IMG/VR virus record: IMGVR_UViG_3300049182_000030
Span: 1-50,303 of that record
Reading direction: 5' to 3' (one strand)
DNA: 50,303 nucleotides
DNA from: a virus
Position numbers and translations under genes: made by a program
Shown here: piece by piece, positions 32,294 to 40,017 of the stretch
How the letters are laid out: each line of letters starts with the position of its first letter
How positions within the stretch are numbered: position 1 is the first letter of the stretch
The notes under the pieces: model-generated
Databases searched by the model: none
Seen by the model: the letters and a program-made list of their open reading frames with translations, nothing else
What the model was told of the DNA's origin: nothing

Positions 32294-34458
32294 GCCGCCA
32301 CCTGCAAGTACACGGTGCCGTTCTTGGCCTTCTCCTCGCGCATCACGCCACGAGCCGTCAACGACTCCACAACCTCCTGGCGATCCCGCATGTTCCATGA
32401 GTGGAACTTCGTGTGGTATTCACTCAATCTCGCCTTGCCTCCCTTCGAGCTGACCCATGCCAGCACCTCCGACTGTAGCCTGGCGAACTGCGAATCCGCA
32501 ACCCCCTTCACCACATCCGCCGTCCACTCCCACCAGAGTTCCGCATCCACCAGAACGCGCAGAACATCCTCCAGCAGAATGCGCCCCGCGCCTCGCTCGT
32601 AGGCAAGCAGGGCCATCATCTTCTGGCACGACACCGCGAAACGAATCGCCATCGGACGCATAATGTCCGGGTCGTCCGCCTTCTCCGCGCTGATGAGCAA
32701 TCCTGCACGCCATTCCAGGAACCGCTTCCACGCCGACTCCTCGAACTGCATGATGACACGCCCGTGACGCTCCTGGGCCGCGTTCTTGCGCATGGCCTCC
32801 ATCATCATGTCCGCGAACTTCTCCGGCATCGGGTCGGCATCCTGCGCGCGGTCAGGGTCACCCTGGGGCATGTTGACGTGCTCCTCGGGGTCGAACGGGG
32901 AACGGGTCGCCTTCACGATCAGGCAGCGGGGAATGTAACCGCTACGGAGGAACCCTCGGTCAAGGATCGACTCAATCTCCGAATCCACACCCATCATGTA
33001 CTGCGTGAACGCCAGGTTGACAATCTCCGTACTGCCCGCACCATCGGAAGCGCGCATGTTCCTGGGCAGGTAGTTGTCGTAGATTTCCAGCTCAGCCTCA
33101 CGGGCATGCGCCATCGACGGGGACGTAGCCCACTGACGGAACTTACCCGACACCTCATCGGTCACCAGCATTGCCGTGCGCTTGTCGTAATCCTTCAGCC
33201 CCTTGATAAGTCCCTCAGCGGTTGCGTTGGAGCCCACCACCACTTCGTAGCCGATCCTCTTCGAGAACGCCGTCGTGTACCGCTTGAGGAAGAACAATGC
33301 CTCCGACTTGCCGGATGTGGTCGGCCCAAGGTTCAGGGCGTACAGGTTGCAGAACACTGCCCGGTTCGTGCCAGGGGGCATCACCGCCACCTTGTTGCCC
33401 AGCGTCCCCGCCAGGTACACGTACCCGTTGAGGCGCACATACTGAGACGGTGTCTTGGGGTGCAGGATGCGCCAGTTCTGCTCCTCCCACCGCTCAATGA
33501 AGCCAGGGTTCGCAAGCACCTGCTCCAACTCGTCCGCGTCAATGAAGTCAGCATCGACCTCACCGGCAATGGGCGACGGCTCCAACTCGCGCGGCGTGTT
33601 CTCCTTCGCCACCGCAGCCATAATGTCGAACTGCCACAAGTGCTCAATCGGACGGTTCTGCTCGCGGTAATGGTCGGACACGGGGCACGACCAGACGACG
33701 ACCAGCGCTTCCTCCGGGGTGAGGCCAGCCTCCAGTAGCAGGCGGATCAGCTCGAACCGGCGCTCGCTCCGCTTGTTTGGGTCGGGGGCGCTCATCTTGT
33801 CCCAGAGCATGAGTTCTTCGATGCGGGCGTTCGCGGGCACCTTCGCCAGTACGTCGAACAGTTCCGGCAGGTGCGGCGGAATGTCAATGTCGGCGTTGCG
33901 GTGGATGGGGGACAGTTCCACATCCGAGTAGGCTTGGTCGATTTCCTCCAGCGTGTACGTGTCCGCCGTGTCGTGAATAATCGTCACATCATATGGGGTT
34001 GCATACTTTGTGTTCTTCGTGAACGGCACCCGCAGCATCTTCGTCGCAATACCGGAAGAGTGGTCGAGGCTGTGTGCTTTGGCGATCTTCGTGGCAACGC
34101 GGGCCACCTCAGTCTGACGGTACGGGCGATCCAGCAACCAGTACGTGTGGGTGCGGTTCGGGGAAGTCTCGACCACGATGCTCGGTGCGATGCGGAAGTC
34201 GCCGTGGGGGAACACGTCAGCATCCGCGTACACGGTCTGGGTGAGTGCCTGCTCGTCGGCGGAAGTGCGCGTGTCGGTGGAGTAGGCGATGGGGGAGAAG
34301 TACACATCCTGGCCGCGATACTTGTGGAAGTACGCGCGAATGTCGTCCTCGTCAGTGCCCAGGTCGAAGAACCGCTGCCCAGTGAGGGTGAGCACTTCGG
34401 GGGCTGTTTTCTTGGCTTTGGCGACGCACAGGTAGCCGGTGTTGATCTGGCCCAACAC
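32290..34458 (-). CDS. Bifunctional primase-polymerase (prim-pol) / P-loop helicase (722 aa)
   Basis: N-terminal prim-pol motifs (DVYFSP, ADADV, ETSPNRTHTYW). Central Walker A (GPTTSGKS). Confidence 0.85.
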   Translation of the reverse strand: MLGQINTGYLCVAKAKKTAPEVLTLTGQRFFDLGTDEDDIRAYFHKYRGQDVYFSPIAYSTDTRTSADEQALTQTVYADADVFPHGDFRIAPSIVVETSPNRTHTYWLLDRPYRQTEVARVATKIAKAHSLDHSSGIATKMLRVPFTKNTKYATPYDVTIIHDTADTYTLEEIDQAYSDVELSPIHRNADIDIPPHLPELFDVLAKVPANARIEELMLWDKMSAPDPNKRSERRFELIRLLLEAGLTPEEALVVVWSCPVSDHYREQNRPIEHLWQFDIMAAVAKENTPRELEPSPIAGEVDADFIDADELEQVLANPGFIERWEEQNWRILHPKTPSQYVRLNGYVYLAGTLGNKVAVMPPGTNRAVFCNLYALNLGPTTSGKSEALFFLKRYTTAFSKRIGYEVVVGSNATAEGLIKGLKDYDKRTAMLVTDEVSGKFRQWATSPSMAHAREAELEIYDNYLPRNMRASDGAGSTEIVNLAFTQYMMGVDSEIESILDRGFLRSGYIPRCLIVKATRSPFDPEEHVNMPQGDPDRAQDADPMPEKFADMMMEAMRKNAAQERHGRVIMQFEESAWKRFLEWRAGLLISAEKADDPDIMRPMAIRFAVSCQKMMALLAYERGAGRILLEDVLRVLVDAELWWEWTADVVKGVADSQFARLQSEVLAWVSSKGGKARLSEYHTKFHSWNMRDRQEVVESLTARGVMREEKAKNGTVYLQVAA

Positions 34459-34530
34459 TGCCGTGAGGAAGTCGGTCGGATTGTTGATGATGCCCCCTTC
34501 ACTGCGCGGCTATAGACTTGAAAGTTTACA

Positions 34531-34606
34531 TGGTCCCACCTGCATGACTCGAACATGCACTGTACGCATTTTGAGTGCGTCGCCTCTGCCATTGGGCTAA
34601 GGTGGG
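34531..34606 (-). tRNA. tRNA with anticodon CAA (Leu by anticodon), 76 nt, encoded CCA, short 5-nt variable loop
   Basis: Hand-folded cloverleaf. Acceptor CCCACCT/AGGTGGG. D arm GCCC-AATGGCAG-AGGC. Anticodon arm ACGCA-CTCAAAA-TGCGT. T arm GCATG-TTCGAGT-CATGC. A73 then CCA. Confidence 0.8.
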
Positions 34607-34641
34607 TAGTGCCCGTTTGACTCTCAAGGATGGGCTTCCCC
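34601..34641. repeat. Copy 1 of an approximately 40-bp imperfect direct repeat; overlaps the 5' end of the tRNA and its upstream flank
   Basis: GGTGGGTAGTGCCCGTTTGACTCTCAAGGATGGGCTTCCCC compared with 34792..34828. Confidence 0.8.
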
Positions 34642-34791
34642 GCGAACCGCGCTAGACGATTCGAGCCATTGCGTCGGCTAGGTGGAGCGTCCGAGATTTG
34701 CACTCGGCTCCGATCACGTTCCGTCGTGCGGCTTTCGTGACCGTCGAAACTATTTACGCCCCGTAACCCACCAACAACTTCGGGTGGAGTT

Positions 34792-34828
34792 GGTGGGTGC
34801 CCGTTTTTCTTGCCGGGATGGGCTTCCC
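34792..34828. repeat. Copy 2 of the approximately 40-bp imperfect direct repeat
   Basis: GGTGGGTGCCCGTTTTTCTTGCCGGGATGGGCTTCCC. Adjacent to the 9-bp-stem hairpin CCCACCAAC...GTTGGTGGG (34767..34797). Confidence 0.8.
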
Positions 34829-34870
34829 GTTACACATACCCGGCGCATTCATGCGGGGGCGGGCAAGTCT

Positions 34871-35179
34871 TTACTTCTTCTCGAACTTTGCCGCAAACTC
34901 GTCCTGGCGCTTGCGCTCCCGGCTTGCCAGCAGGTCGTCCAACCCCGTGCGGTCAAGGTCATAGTAAATGTCACCGCTGAAGTTGGAGTCGAAAATCTCG
35001 ACCTTAACCAGTTCAGACACCTGCGGCATGACCTGGCCTAGGGACTCAATAATCTTCACCAGATCATTCACCTCAGACCGGGCGATGCGAGCGTCCTCAA
35101 GTCGCTGATCGGCGTGACGCTTGTTCACCTCAACCGAGTGCTCCAGATTTCGAAGATCATCGCGGGAAATCCACGGCAT
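34871..35179 (-). CDS. Hypothetical coiled-coil protein (102 aa)
   Basis: ORF track. TAATG coupling. Confidence 0.8.
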   Translation of the reverse strand: MPWISRDDLRNLEHSVEVNKRHADQRLEDARIARSEVNDLVKIIESLGQVMPQVSELVKVEIFDSNFSGDIYYDLDRTGLDDLLASRERKRQDEFAAKFEKK

Positions 35180-35547
35180 TAGAACTCCTCGTCAGCCTTG
35201 GACTCCAGCACGGTGACCTTGCCGAAGCGCAGCGTGATGGCCTTCTCGGTCTGGCCGTCCTTGTTCTGGTACTCACGCACCTCCTGCTTGGCATCGTCCA
35301 CGCGAACTTTGTCACCCTTACGGATGCGCTTCAGGTCAGCCGCAGCGTCACCGCCAGCAACCAGCGTGTACCAGGTGGTGCCGGTCTGGACGAACTCGCC
35401 GTCCTTCTTGTAACCCTCGTTGATCGGAATGGCAACCTCAAGAATGCCCTTGGTGCCCTCCTTGTCGTAAGCAGGGTTCCGGGCGTCCGATGCCGCGTAG
35501 CCGACGATTGTGGCGCTCACGCCGATGTAGTTGTTCTCGTTGGTCAT
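35179..35547 (-). CDS. SSB-like OB-fold protein with acidic C-terminus ...ADEEF (122 aa)
   Basis: AGGAGG Shine-Dalgarno. OB-like beta pattern. Acidic tail ending in Phe. Confidence 0.65.
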   Translation of the reverse strand: MTNENNYIGVSATIVGYAASDARNPAYDKEGTKGILEVAIPINEGYKKDGEFVQTGTTWYTLVAGGDAAADLKRIRKGDKVRVDDAKQEVREYQNKDGQTEKAITLRFGKVTVLESKADEEF

Positions 35548-35556
35548 TGTGTCCTC

Positions 35557-36441
35557 CTATTTTCTCTTGGGATCAGTCCACGATACCGGACGATCCAACT
35601 TCTTGCCCTGCAAACTCAGCACATCCTTGAGTTTCTTCTCGGCCCACCATGCTGCCTTGTATGCCTTGAATCTTGCCAGATGAAGTTCCTCATTGTCAAG
35701 TTCGTGGATGGCCCAGTTATCAGCCGTCAGATGAACGATAATAGCACCATCCAACTCCGGTAGCGGCTCCTCAACCCACCACGTAGTTTCCGTGATGCCG
35801 TCCTCGTTCTTCAGCTCGGCGGGGTATGCACGCGACTGCTCGATGCTATCACCCGGAGCGTCCACCTGCTCGAACTGGAAGTCGGCGTTGAGGAGCGCGG
35901 CCAACTGCATGTAGTACTCCCAGTGAACCGACTTGCTCGTTTTCCAGTCCACCAGCACGCGCTTGCTGCCCAGCTTAGCGTAAGCATCCAGCGTTCCCGC
36001 ATAGTCGCCGCCCCACACTTGCCGCTCGGTGCCGAAGAAGTCCATACCGGTCGTGAAGCACATGTCCTCCCACTGGTAGACGATCTTCTGCTGCTCCGCA
36101 TCCAGGTCGTCAATGAACGGCCCAGCGCCCAGAATCACATCCTCGATGTAGTTGTGGACACCCGTGCCGACACTGCCTCGCTCGTTGCGGAATTCACGCC
36201 ACCTGTACCGTGCACCGTTGAACGCTTTGTCGTCGGAGCGCCGTCCGGGGTCGAAGGTGTACCAGTTATCGACCATCCACTTAACCGCCATGTCACTCCC
36301 CCACTGCGCCAAGTCCTTATCGACAAGGCCCGTTATGGACGTAACACCCGGAACACGCTCACCCGTGGAGGGTCGCCAGTATCCGCGCCCTTGGGCTTCT
36401 GCATCGTTCCAGTAGCGGGAAAGCGGTGGCCGACGACTCAT
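35557..36441 (-). CDS. PD-(D/E)XK family exonuclease, RecB/Cas4-like (294 aa)
   Basis: Motifs GTLDAY...LVDWKTSK...YYMQLAAL. Lies near the ERF annealase. Confidence 0.75.
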   Translation of the reverse strand: MSRRPPLSRYWNDAEAQGRGYWRPSTGERVPGVTSITGLVDKDLAQWGSDMAVKWMVDNWYTFDPGRRSDDKAFNGARYRWREFRNERGSVGTGVHNYIEDVILGAGPFIDDLDAEQQKIVYQWEDMCFTTGMDFFGTERQVWGGDYAGTLDAYAKLGSKRVLVDWKTSKSVHWEYYMQLAALLNADFQFEQVDAPGDSIEQSRAYPAELKNEDGITETTWWVEEPLPELDGAIIVHLTADNWAIHELDNEELHLARFKAYKAAWWAEKKLKDVLSLQGKKLDRPVSWTDPKRK

Positions 36442-36449
36442 ATAATTTC

Positions 36450-36515
36450 CTAACCGAATGCAATCACGAGAAGTATCACGGCGATACAGACTAGCACTGC
36501 CGTTGGGATGTTCAC
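36450..36515 (-). CDS. Possible 21-aa hydrophobic micropeptide (VNIPTAVLVCIAVILLVIAFG)
   Basis: GTGA-coupled to the upstream micro-gene. Very short. Confidence 0.25.
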   Translation of the reverse strand: MNIPTAVLVCIAVILLVIAFG

Positions 36516-36667
36516 TTAATCACCCCAACATAGAACCAGCCCAGCACCAACTCCCAGAACCCATCCTCACGGTACAGGCGCGCCTCCGGGCTACGCTGCA
36601 CACCGATGTAGGGGACGGGACCATTCGTGCGATCCCAGAACACCGTGCCCGTGTGGTGGCGGATCAC
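36512..36667 (-). CDS. Hypothetical miniprotein (51 aa, GTG start)
   Basis: Hand-translated. GTGA overlap with the upstream stop. Confidence 0.45.
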   Translation of the reverse strand: MIRHHTGTVFWDRTNGPVPYIGVQRSPEARLYREDGFWELVLGWFYVGVIK

Positions 36668-36858
36668 TCGGCACCCGCGTCAAGGTGAACTTCGTTCCAG
36701 TTGCCCGGTGCAAAAATAATCTGCTTCCGCCCAGATTTGAGCCTAAGCGCACCCGAGTCCGTAACGGTTGCATCCGTAAGTTCCGAGTAAACAAACTTAC
36801 GCTGGCCCACGGGGGTCTTTACGACAATCTGATTGGGGGCGGCTTCTGCGAACATCAC
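36664..36858 (-). CDS. Hypothetical protein (64 aa)
   Basis: ORF track. Confidence 0.7.
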   Translation of the reverse strand: MMFAEAAPNQIVVKTPVGQRKFVYSELTDATVTDSGALRLKSGRKQIIFAPGNWNEVHLDAGAE

Positions 36859-37565
36859 TTAACCAGCCCCGCGAGAACCTTCAGGCCCGTCGCATCCTTC
36901 CACACCTGCGCAAAGCCCAGTGGCTCGCCCTGTGCGGACACGAACTTCTCCTGGTTGTCCTCAATGATCTTGCCGAGATACGCGGAACCCTTGAGGTCAC
37001 CCGTGACAGCCTGCGACTTGGCCTTGAGGTCGGCCTGGATCGCCTTCAGCTCGTCCGACTGCGACGGGGTAGCGACAGCCTCAGCGGGGCGCGCAGCAGG
37101 CTCCTTCTCCACGTACTTCGCGTCCGGGTCGTCCTCATCGGTGGGAAGCACGAACGTCTGCACCAGCGCGTAACGGTAAGCGTAAGTGGACGCACCACCC
37201 GTGGCCTTGTCGGAGTAGTCAGAGTTCTCACCCGCCACCACTGACTCCACGAAATCACCCTGCGGGCCATAGAAACGCACCCGCTTGCGAAGCGTCACCG
37301 TGGTCAGCACCCTCTTGGATGCAGTCTCTGTGACCTCGTGAACGTAGTCGAAGTCCTCAACGGTAGTGAACACGCCATACCTGTTCAGCACAGGGGCCAA
37401 GGCGTTAATGATGCTGTCGGTGCCACGGTACGAATAGCGAGCACCACCCGTCGCCTGCTGATCCTTGCGAATAACGCCCACCTCCTCCCGCACCTTGGGG
37501 ATGATCTGGAAAATGCTCAGCGGCTCTTGCTTGGTAGCGCGCGTCGTGGTCTTTGCCTCGGTCAT
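36855..37565 (-). CDS. erf: ERF-family single-strand annealing recombinase (236 aa)
   Basis: ARYSYRGTDSIINALAPVLNRYGV and KATGGASTYAYRYALVQTFVLPTDEDD resemble ERF signatures. Confidence 0.75.
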   Translation of the reverse strand: MTEAKTTTRATKQEPLSIFQIIPKVREEVGVIRKDQQATGGARYSYRGTDSIINALAPVLNRYGVFTTVEDFDYVHEVTETASKRVLTTVTLRKRVRFYGPQGDFVESVVAGENSDYSDKATGGASTYAYRYALVQTFVLPTDEDDPDAKYVEKEPAARPAEAVATPSQSDELKAIQADLKAKSQAVTGDLKGSAYLGKIIEDNQEKFVSAQGEPLGFAQVWKDATGLKVLAGLVK

Positions 37566-37568
37566 GTT

Positions 37569-37760
37569 TTACTGCTCCTTCCCGTCAAAACTTATCGTAA
37601 TCGTAGCTTCATACATTGCATCGAGGATTGCACGCTTCTCATCGTCGCTCCAGTCTTCAGCGTCGTCATGCTCGTAGACAAGGCTGTACTCGTAGGAGTC
37701 GTTGTGAAGGGTTAGCAACTCCTTGGCAATGGCCTGAATCTCCGCTCGGTTAAGCGCCAT
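37569..37760 (-). CDS. Hypothetical acidic protein (63 aa)
   Basis: ORF track. TAATG coupling. Confidence 0.75.
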   Translation of the reverse strand: MALNRAEIQAIAKELLTLHNDSYEYSLVYEHDDAEDWSDDEKRAILDAMYEATITISFDGKEQ

Positions 37761-38053
37761 TACTGCTCCTTCCTAGTCAGTTCGGGGAACACTGCAAGCA
37801 GCCCCTCCACGAACTCGTCACGGTCGATAATTGCGTTCTCGTAAGCCTCGCCGCCCGAAATCTGGACGTACACACTCCGGTCGCGCTTCTCGCTGCCATT
37901 CCACTTGCGATCCCACGGGTGGATGTACACGGTGCGGCGATCCTCCAACTTGAGTTCACCAGTCGTAAAGTCGTCAATGTCAACAGCGATCACCTGACGC
38001 TCGACAATACCGTTAATGTTCATCTCTTCAACGGTAATGGTCTGAATCTCCAT
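37760..38053 (-). CDS. Hypothetical protein (97 aa, MEIQTITVEE...)
   Basis: Internal ATG of ORF track 37760..38080, preceded by AGGGAGG. Confidence 0.75.
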   Translation of the reverse strand: MEIQTITVEEMNINGIVERQVIAVDIDDFTTGELKLEDRRTVYIHPWDRKWNGSEKRDRSVYVQISGGEAYENAIIDRDEFVEGLLAVFPELTRKEQ

Positions 38054-38104
38054 GTTGCCTCCCTTCCTTGTTACTTGCAATCCTGCACTACATGGTGTCG
38101 CTTG

Positions 38105-38836
38105 TCAACCCTGCGGTTCGCCCGCCAGCCAGACCGTCTCGGCCCACACTCCCCATGCCGGTCGCTCCTGCTCGGCGTAGGCGGCGCACAACTCCAGCAG
38201 GGGGCACTCGTAGCACAGCTCATAAGCCTGTTCCGGTGTCGGCGGGTTGTCGTCATCGTAGTCCATGTACGGGCCGGGGTTGTCCTCACAGTTCGGCAGA
38301 CCCTCACCCGTATTACGAGCCTCCTCCAAAGCGGCGCTGAACCGATCCCACGCCTTCTCCGCCTGCGGCTTCACCTGGAGGTACTTCCACGGCTTCTTCG
38401 ACTCGTCCTTCGCCATACGCTCAACGGCCTCCAAGATATCCTGAGCGGCCCGCTTCTCCTGCTTAGCACGCTGCTCGGCTCGGAAGTCGGGTGAACGCTC
38501 AGTATACCGCAGCCTTTCCGTGGCGATGTGGGGTGCGTATACCGAAATGGCCTCATCAATGCTCATGCCGTGGAAGTGAACCGCCTCCGCCGCAGCAACC
38601 GTCAACTGCCGCGCGCCACGATACTTCCGAGAAAACCTGGGAAGGTTCTTCGCGCGCCTCGGCGGTTCACCGGCACGCTTACGACGGGCAGACAACTTGT
38701 TCGACTCACGACGGCACGTTCGGCACAACCAATACCCGCCCTTCTCGCGGCGAGCATCCTGCTTCCAAAGGGCATTACGCTCATCCATCACATGCCCGTG
38801 GATGCACGTCAGGGGTGGTGGCTCAACCGTCTGCAT
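38105..38836 (-). CDS. Zinc-ribbon / WhiB-like fusion protein (243 aa)
   Basis: N-terminal CIHGH...CRTC. C-terminal C-x24-C-x2-C-x5-C followed by a GVWA turn, typical of the WhiB family. Confidence 0.75.
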   Translation of the reverse strand: MQTVEPPPLTCIHGHVMDERNALWKQDARREKGGYWLCRTCRRESNKLSARRKRAGEPPRRAKNLPRFSRKYRGARQLTVAAAEAVHFHGMSIDEAISVYAPHIATERLRYTERSPDFRAEQRAKQEKRAAQDILEAVERMAKDESKKPWKYLQVKPQAEKAWDRFSAALEEARNTGEGLPNCEDNPGPYMDYDDDNPPTPEQAYELCYECPLLELCAAYAEQERPAWGVWAETVWLAGEPQG

Positions 38837-39029
38837 GCATCTCCCGGTATGCGTCAACCAGATCACCTACAATATCGACACCGAACCCGTCAATAACAAT
38901 ATCCTCATAGTTGCGATCCAGTACCGCCAGCGCCTCCTCCAGCGCAAACGCCTTCGGGCTCACATCCCTAGGCTTGCCGTCGTTCTGATCCCGCCACTCC
39001 AAGTAGCGCTCCACGAAATCTGCACTCAA
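38823..39029 (-). CDS. Hypothetical acidic protein (68 aa, TTG start). The alternative start is 39050.
   Basis: ORF track 38823..39050. GGAGG Shine-Dalgarno and TTGA overlap favour 39029. Confidence 0.6.
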   Translation of the reverse strand: MSADFVERYLEWRDQNDGKPRDVSPKAFALEEALAVLDRNYEDIVIDGFGVDIVGDLVDAYREMHADG

Positions 39030-39193
39030 TCTTCGACCTCCTTCGTCCACTCAACAACCTGATTAGCAACCGCGTGCCACATATTCGTGAGCCCCGCATT
39101 CGCCAACACCCCAACAATAATCGCCCACTGCTCTGCCGTCAACACCACCGGCACCTCATACTGCAAGTCGGGGAAATGGATCGGGTCAGCCAT
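39026..39193 (-). CDS. Hypothetical protein (55 aa, MADPIHFPDL...)
   Basis: Internal ATG of ORF track 39026..39250. ATGGCTGA overlap. Confidence 0.65.
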   Translation of the reverse strand: MADPIHFPDLQYEVPVVLTAEQWAIIVGVLANAGLTNMWHAVANQVVEWTKEVED

Positions 39194-39365
39194 CGGTGGG
39201 CCCGGAAATGGGCGAAGTGCGCACGCGCTCCCAGAGCTCACCCGTGACACGCGGCCAGCCCTTCCGCACCCGCAGGTCTGCGTCGCTCAGGTAGGGCGCG
39301 CGGTCATCGACCCGCCTCGGCTCATAGGACCGTCTGGTGTCGGAGTACACGATCGGCGCTGTCAT
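39186..39365 (-). CDS. Hypothetical protein (59 aa, MTAPIVYSD...)
   Basis: Tail of ORF track 39186..39476. ATGA overlap. Confidence 0.6.
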   Translation of the reverse strand: MTAPIVYSDTRRSYEPRRVDDRAPYLSDADLRVRKGWPRVTGELWERVRTSPISGPTDG

Positions 39366-39484
39366 GACCCGGAACCGTCCGATTTGGGCTTGATGAACTC
39401 TGCGCACTCGGGGTGCAGGTGCCAGCCGTTGTGCAGAACTGGCTGCTCCCAGATGAGCCCTCCGCATCTTCCGCACCTAGCCAC
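39362..39484 (-). CDS. Zinc-ribbon miniprotein (40 aa, VARCGRCGGLIWEQPVLHNGWHLHPEC...DGSGS)
   Basis: GAGGAGG Shine-Dalgarno before GTG 39484. The alternative is the longer 73-aa ORF 39362..39583. Confidence 0.45.
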   Translation of the reverse strand: MARCGRCGGLIWEQPVLHNGWHLHPECAEFIKPKSDGSGS

Positions 39485-39641
39485 GACGCGCCTCCTCTGT
39501 CTCTGAAATCGGTGGTTCCTGTTCGCGGGGCCACCACACCTCGCCCCACCCCGTTCTGTGGGCATGCTTGCCCTCATGCCCATCCGGGCGGCGGCATAGC
39601 CCTCCCTCGAAGCCTCCTGGCGCTAGGCACTGGTCAGTCAC
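39477..39641 (-). CDS. Hypothetical miniprotein (54 aa, GTG start VTDQCLAPGG...PPISETEEARRG)
   Basis: Hand-translated. GTGA overlap upstream and GTGGCTAG overlap downstream. Confidence 0.4.
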   Translation of the reverse strand: MTDQCLAPGGFEGGLCRRPDGHEGKHAHRTGWGEVWWPREQEPPISETEEARRG

Positions 39642-39847
39642 GGGGACTCTCCCGTCTGTGAAATCGGCGAAGTGCGGTCGGGTCGATGCTCGGGGCAGTA
39701 GTCGGGTCCGCGCGTTCCCCGCCCTGTCATCCAGCCCGCCTCACGCGCGTTCCTGCGGGCGTTCCCCATCGTCTCGCCGTGCTCGGCCCAGTCGATCGGT
39801 ACCCCGTCGACTGAGCAGGTGATGACCCACAGCGGGTAGGCGGTCAT
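39638..39847 (-). CDS. Hypothetical protein (69 aa, MTAYPLWVITCSVDG...)
   Basis: Tail of ORF track 39638..40063. ATGA overlap. Confidence 0.6.
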   Translation of the reverse strand: MTAYPLWVITCSVDGVPIDWAEHGETMGNARRNAREAGWMTGRGTRGPDYCPEHRPDRTSPISQTGESP

Positions 39848-40017
39848 GACCCGGAACCGTCCGGTTCGAAGTCGGGGCAGTCGCAGTCCGTGCTGTGCAC
39901 CGAGCCTTGGTCGCCCTTCGGCAGGCCGAGCGCGTGCGTCTTGCAGCAGGTGGTGATGTGGCTCCTCAGCACAATGTGCGAGTCGTCCACGTAGCCCTCG
40001 AACAGGTGAGTGGTCAT
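39844..40017 (-). CDS. Cys-rich miniprotein (57 aa, MTTHLFEGYVDDSHIVLRSHITTCCKTH...CDCPDFEPDGSGS)
   Basis: Hand-translated. ATGA overlaps at both ends. Shares the DGSGS C-terminus with 39362..39484. Confidence 0.55.
   Translation of the reverse strand: MTTHLFEGYVDDSHIVLRSHITTCCKTHALGLPKGDQGSVHSTDCDCPDFEPDGSGS

Noticed and set aside
34683-34764. Possible second tRNA with acceptor GGGGCGT/ACGCTCC (a G3:U70 pair) and a T-arm-like CCGAG-TGCAAAT-CTCGG
   Set aside because: No 5-bp/7-nt anticodon arm or D arm can be drawn. The length is 80 nt before CCA. The T-loop has G at position 55. It is kept only as part of the structured-region finding.
39362-39583. 73-aa ORF as a single gene instead of the split 39477..39641 plus 39362..39484
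   Set aside because: Its ATG lacks a Shine-Dalgarno and its N-terminal half is Arg-rich. The split model gives GTGA/GTGGCTAG coupling and a GAGGAGG Shine-Dalgarno. The choice remains uncertain.
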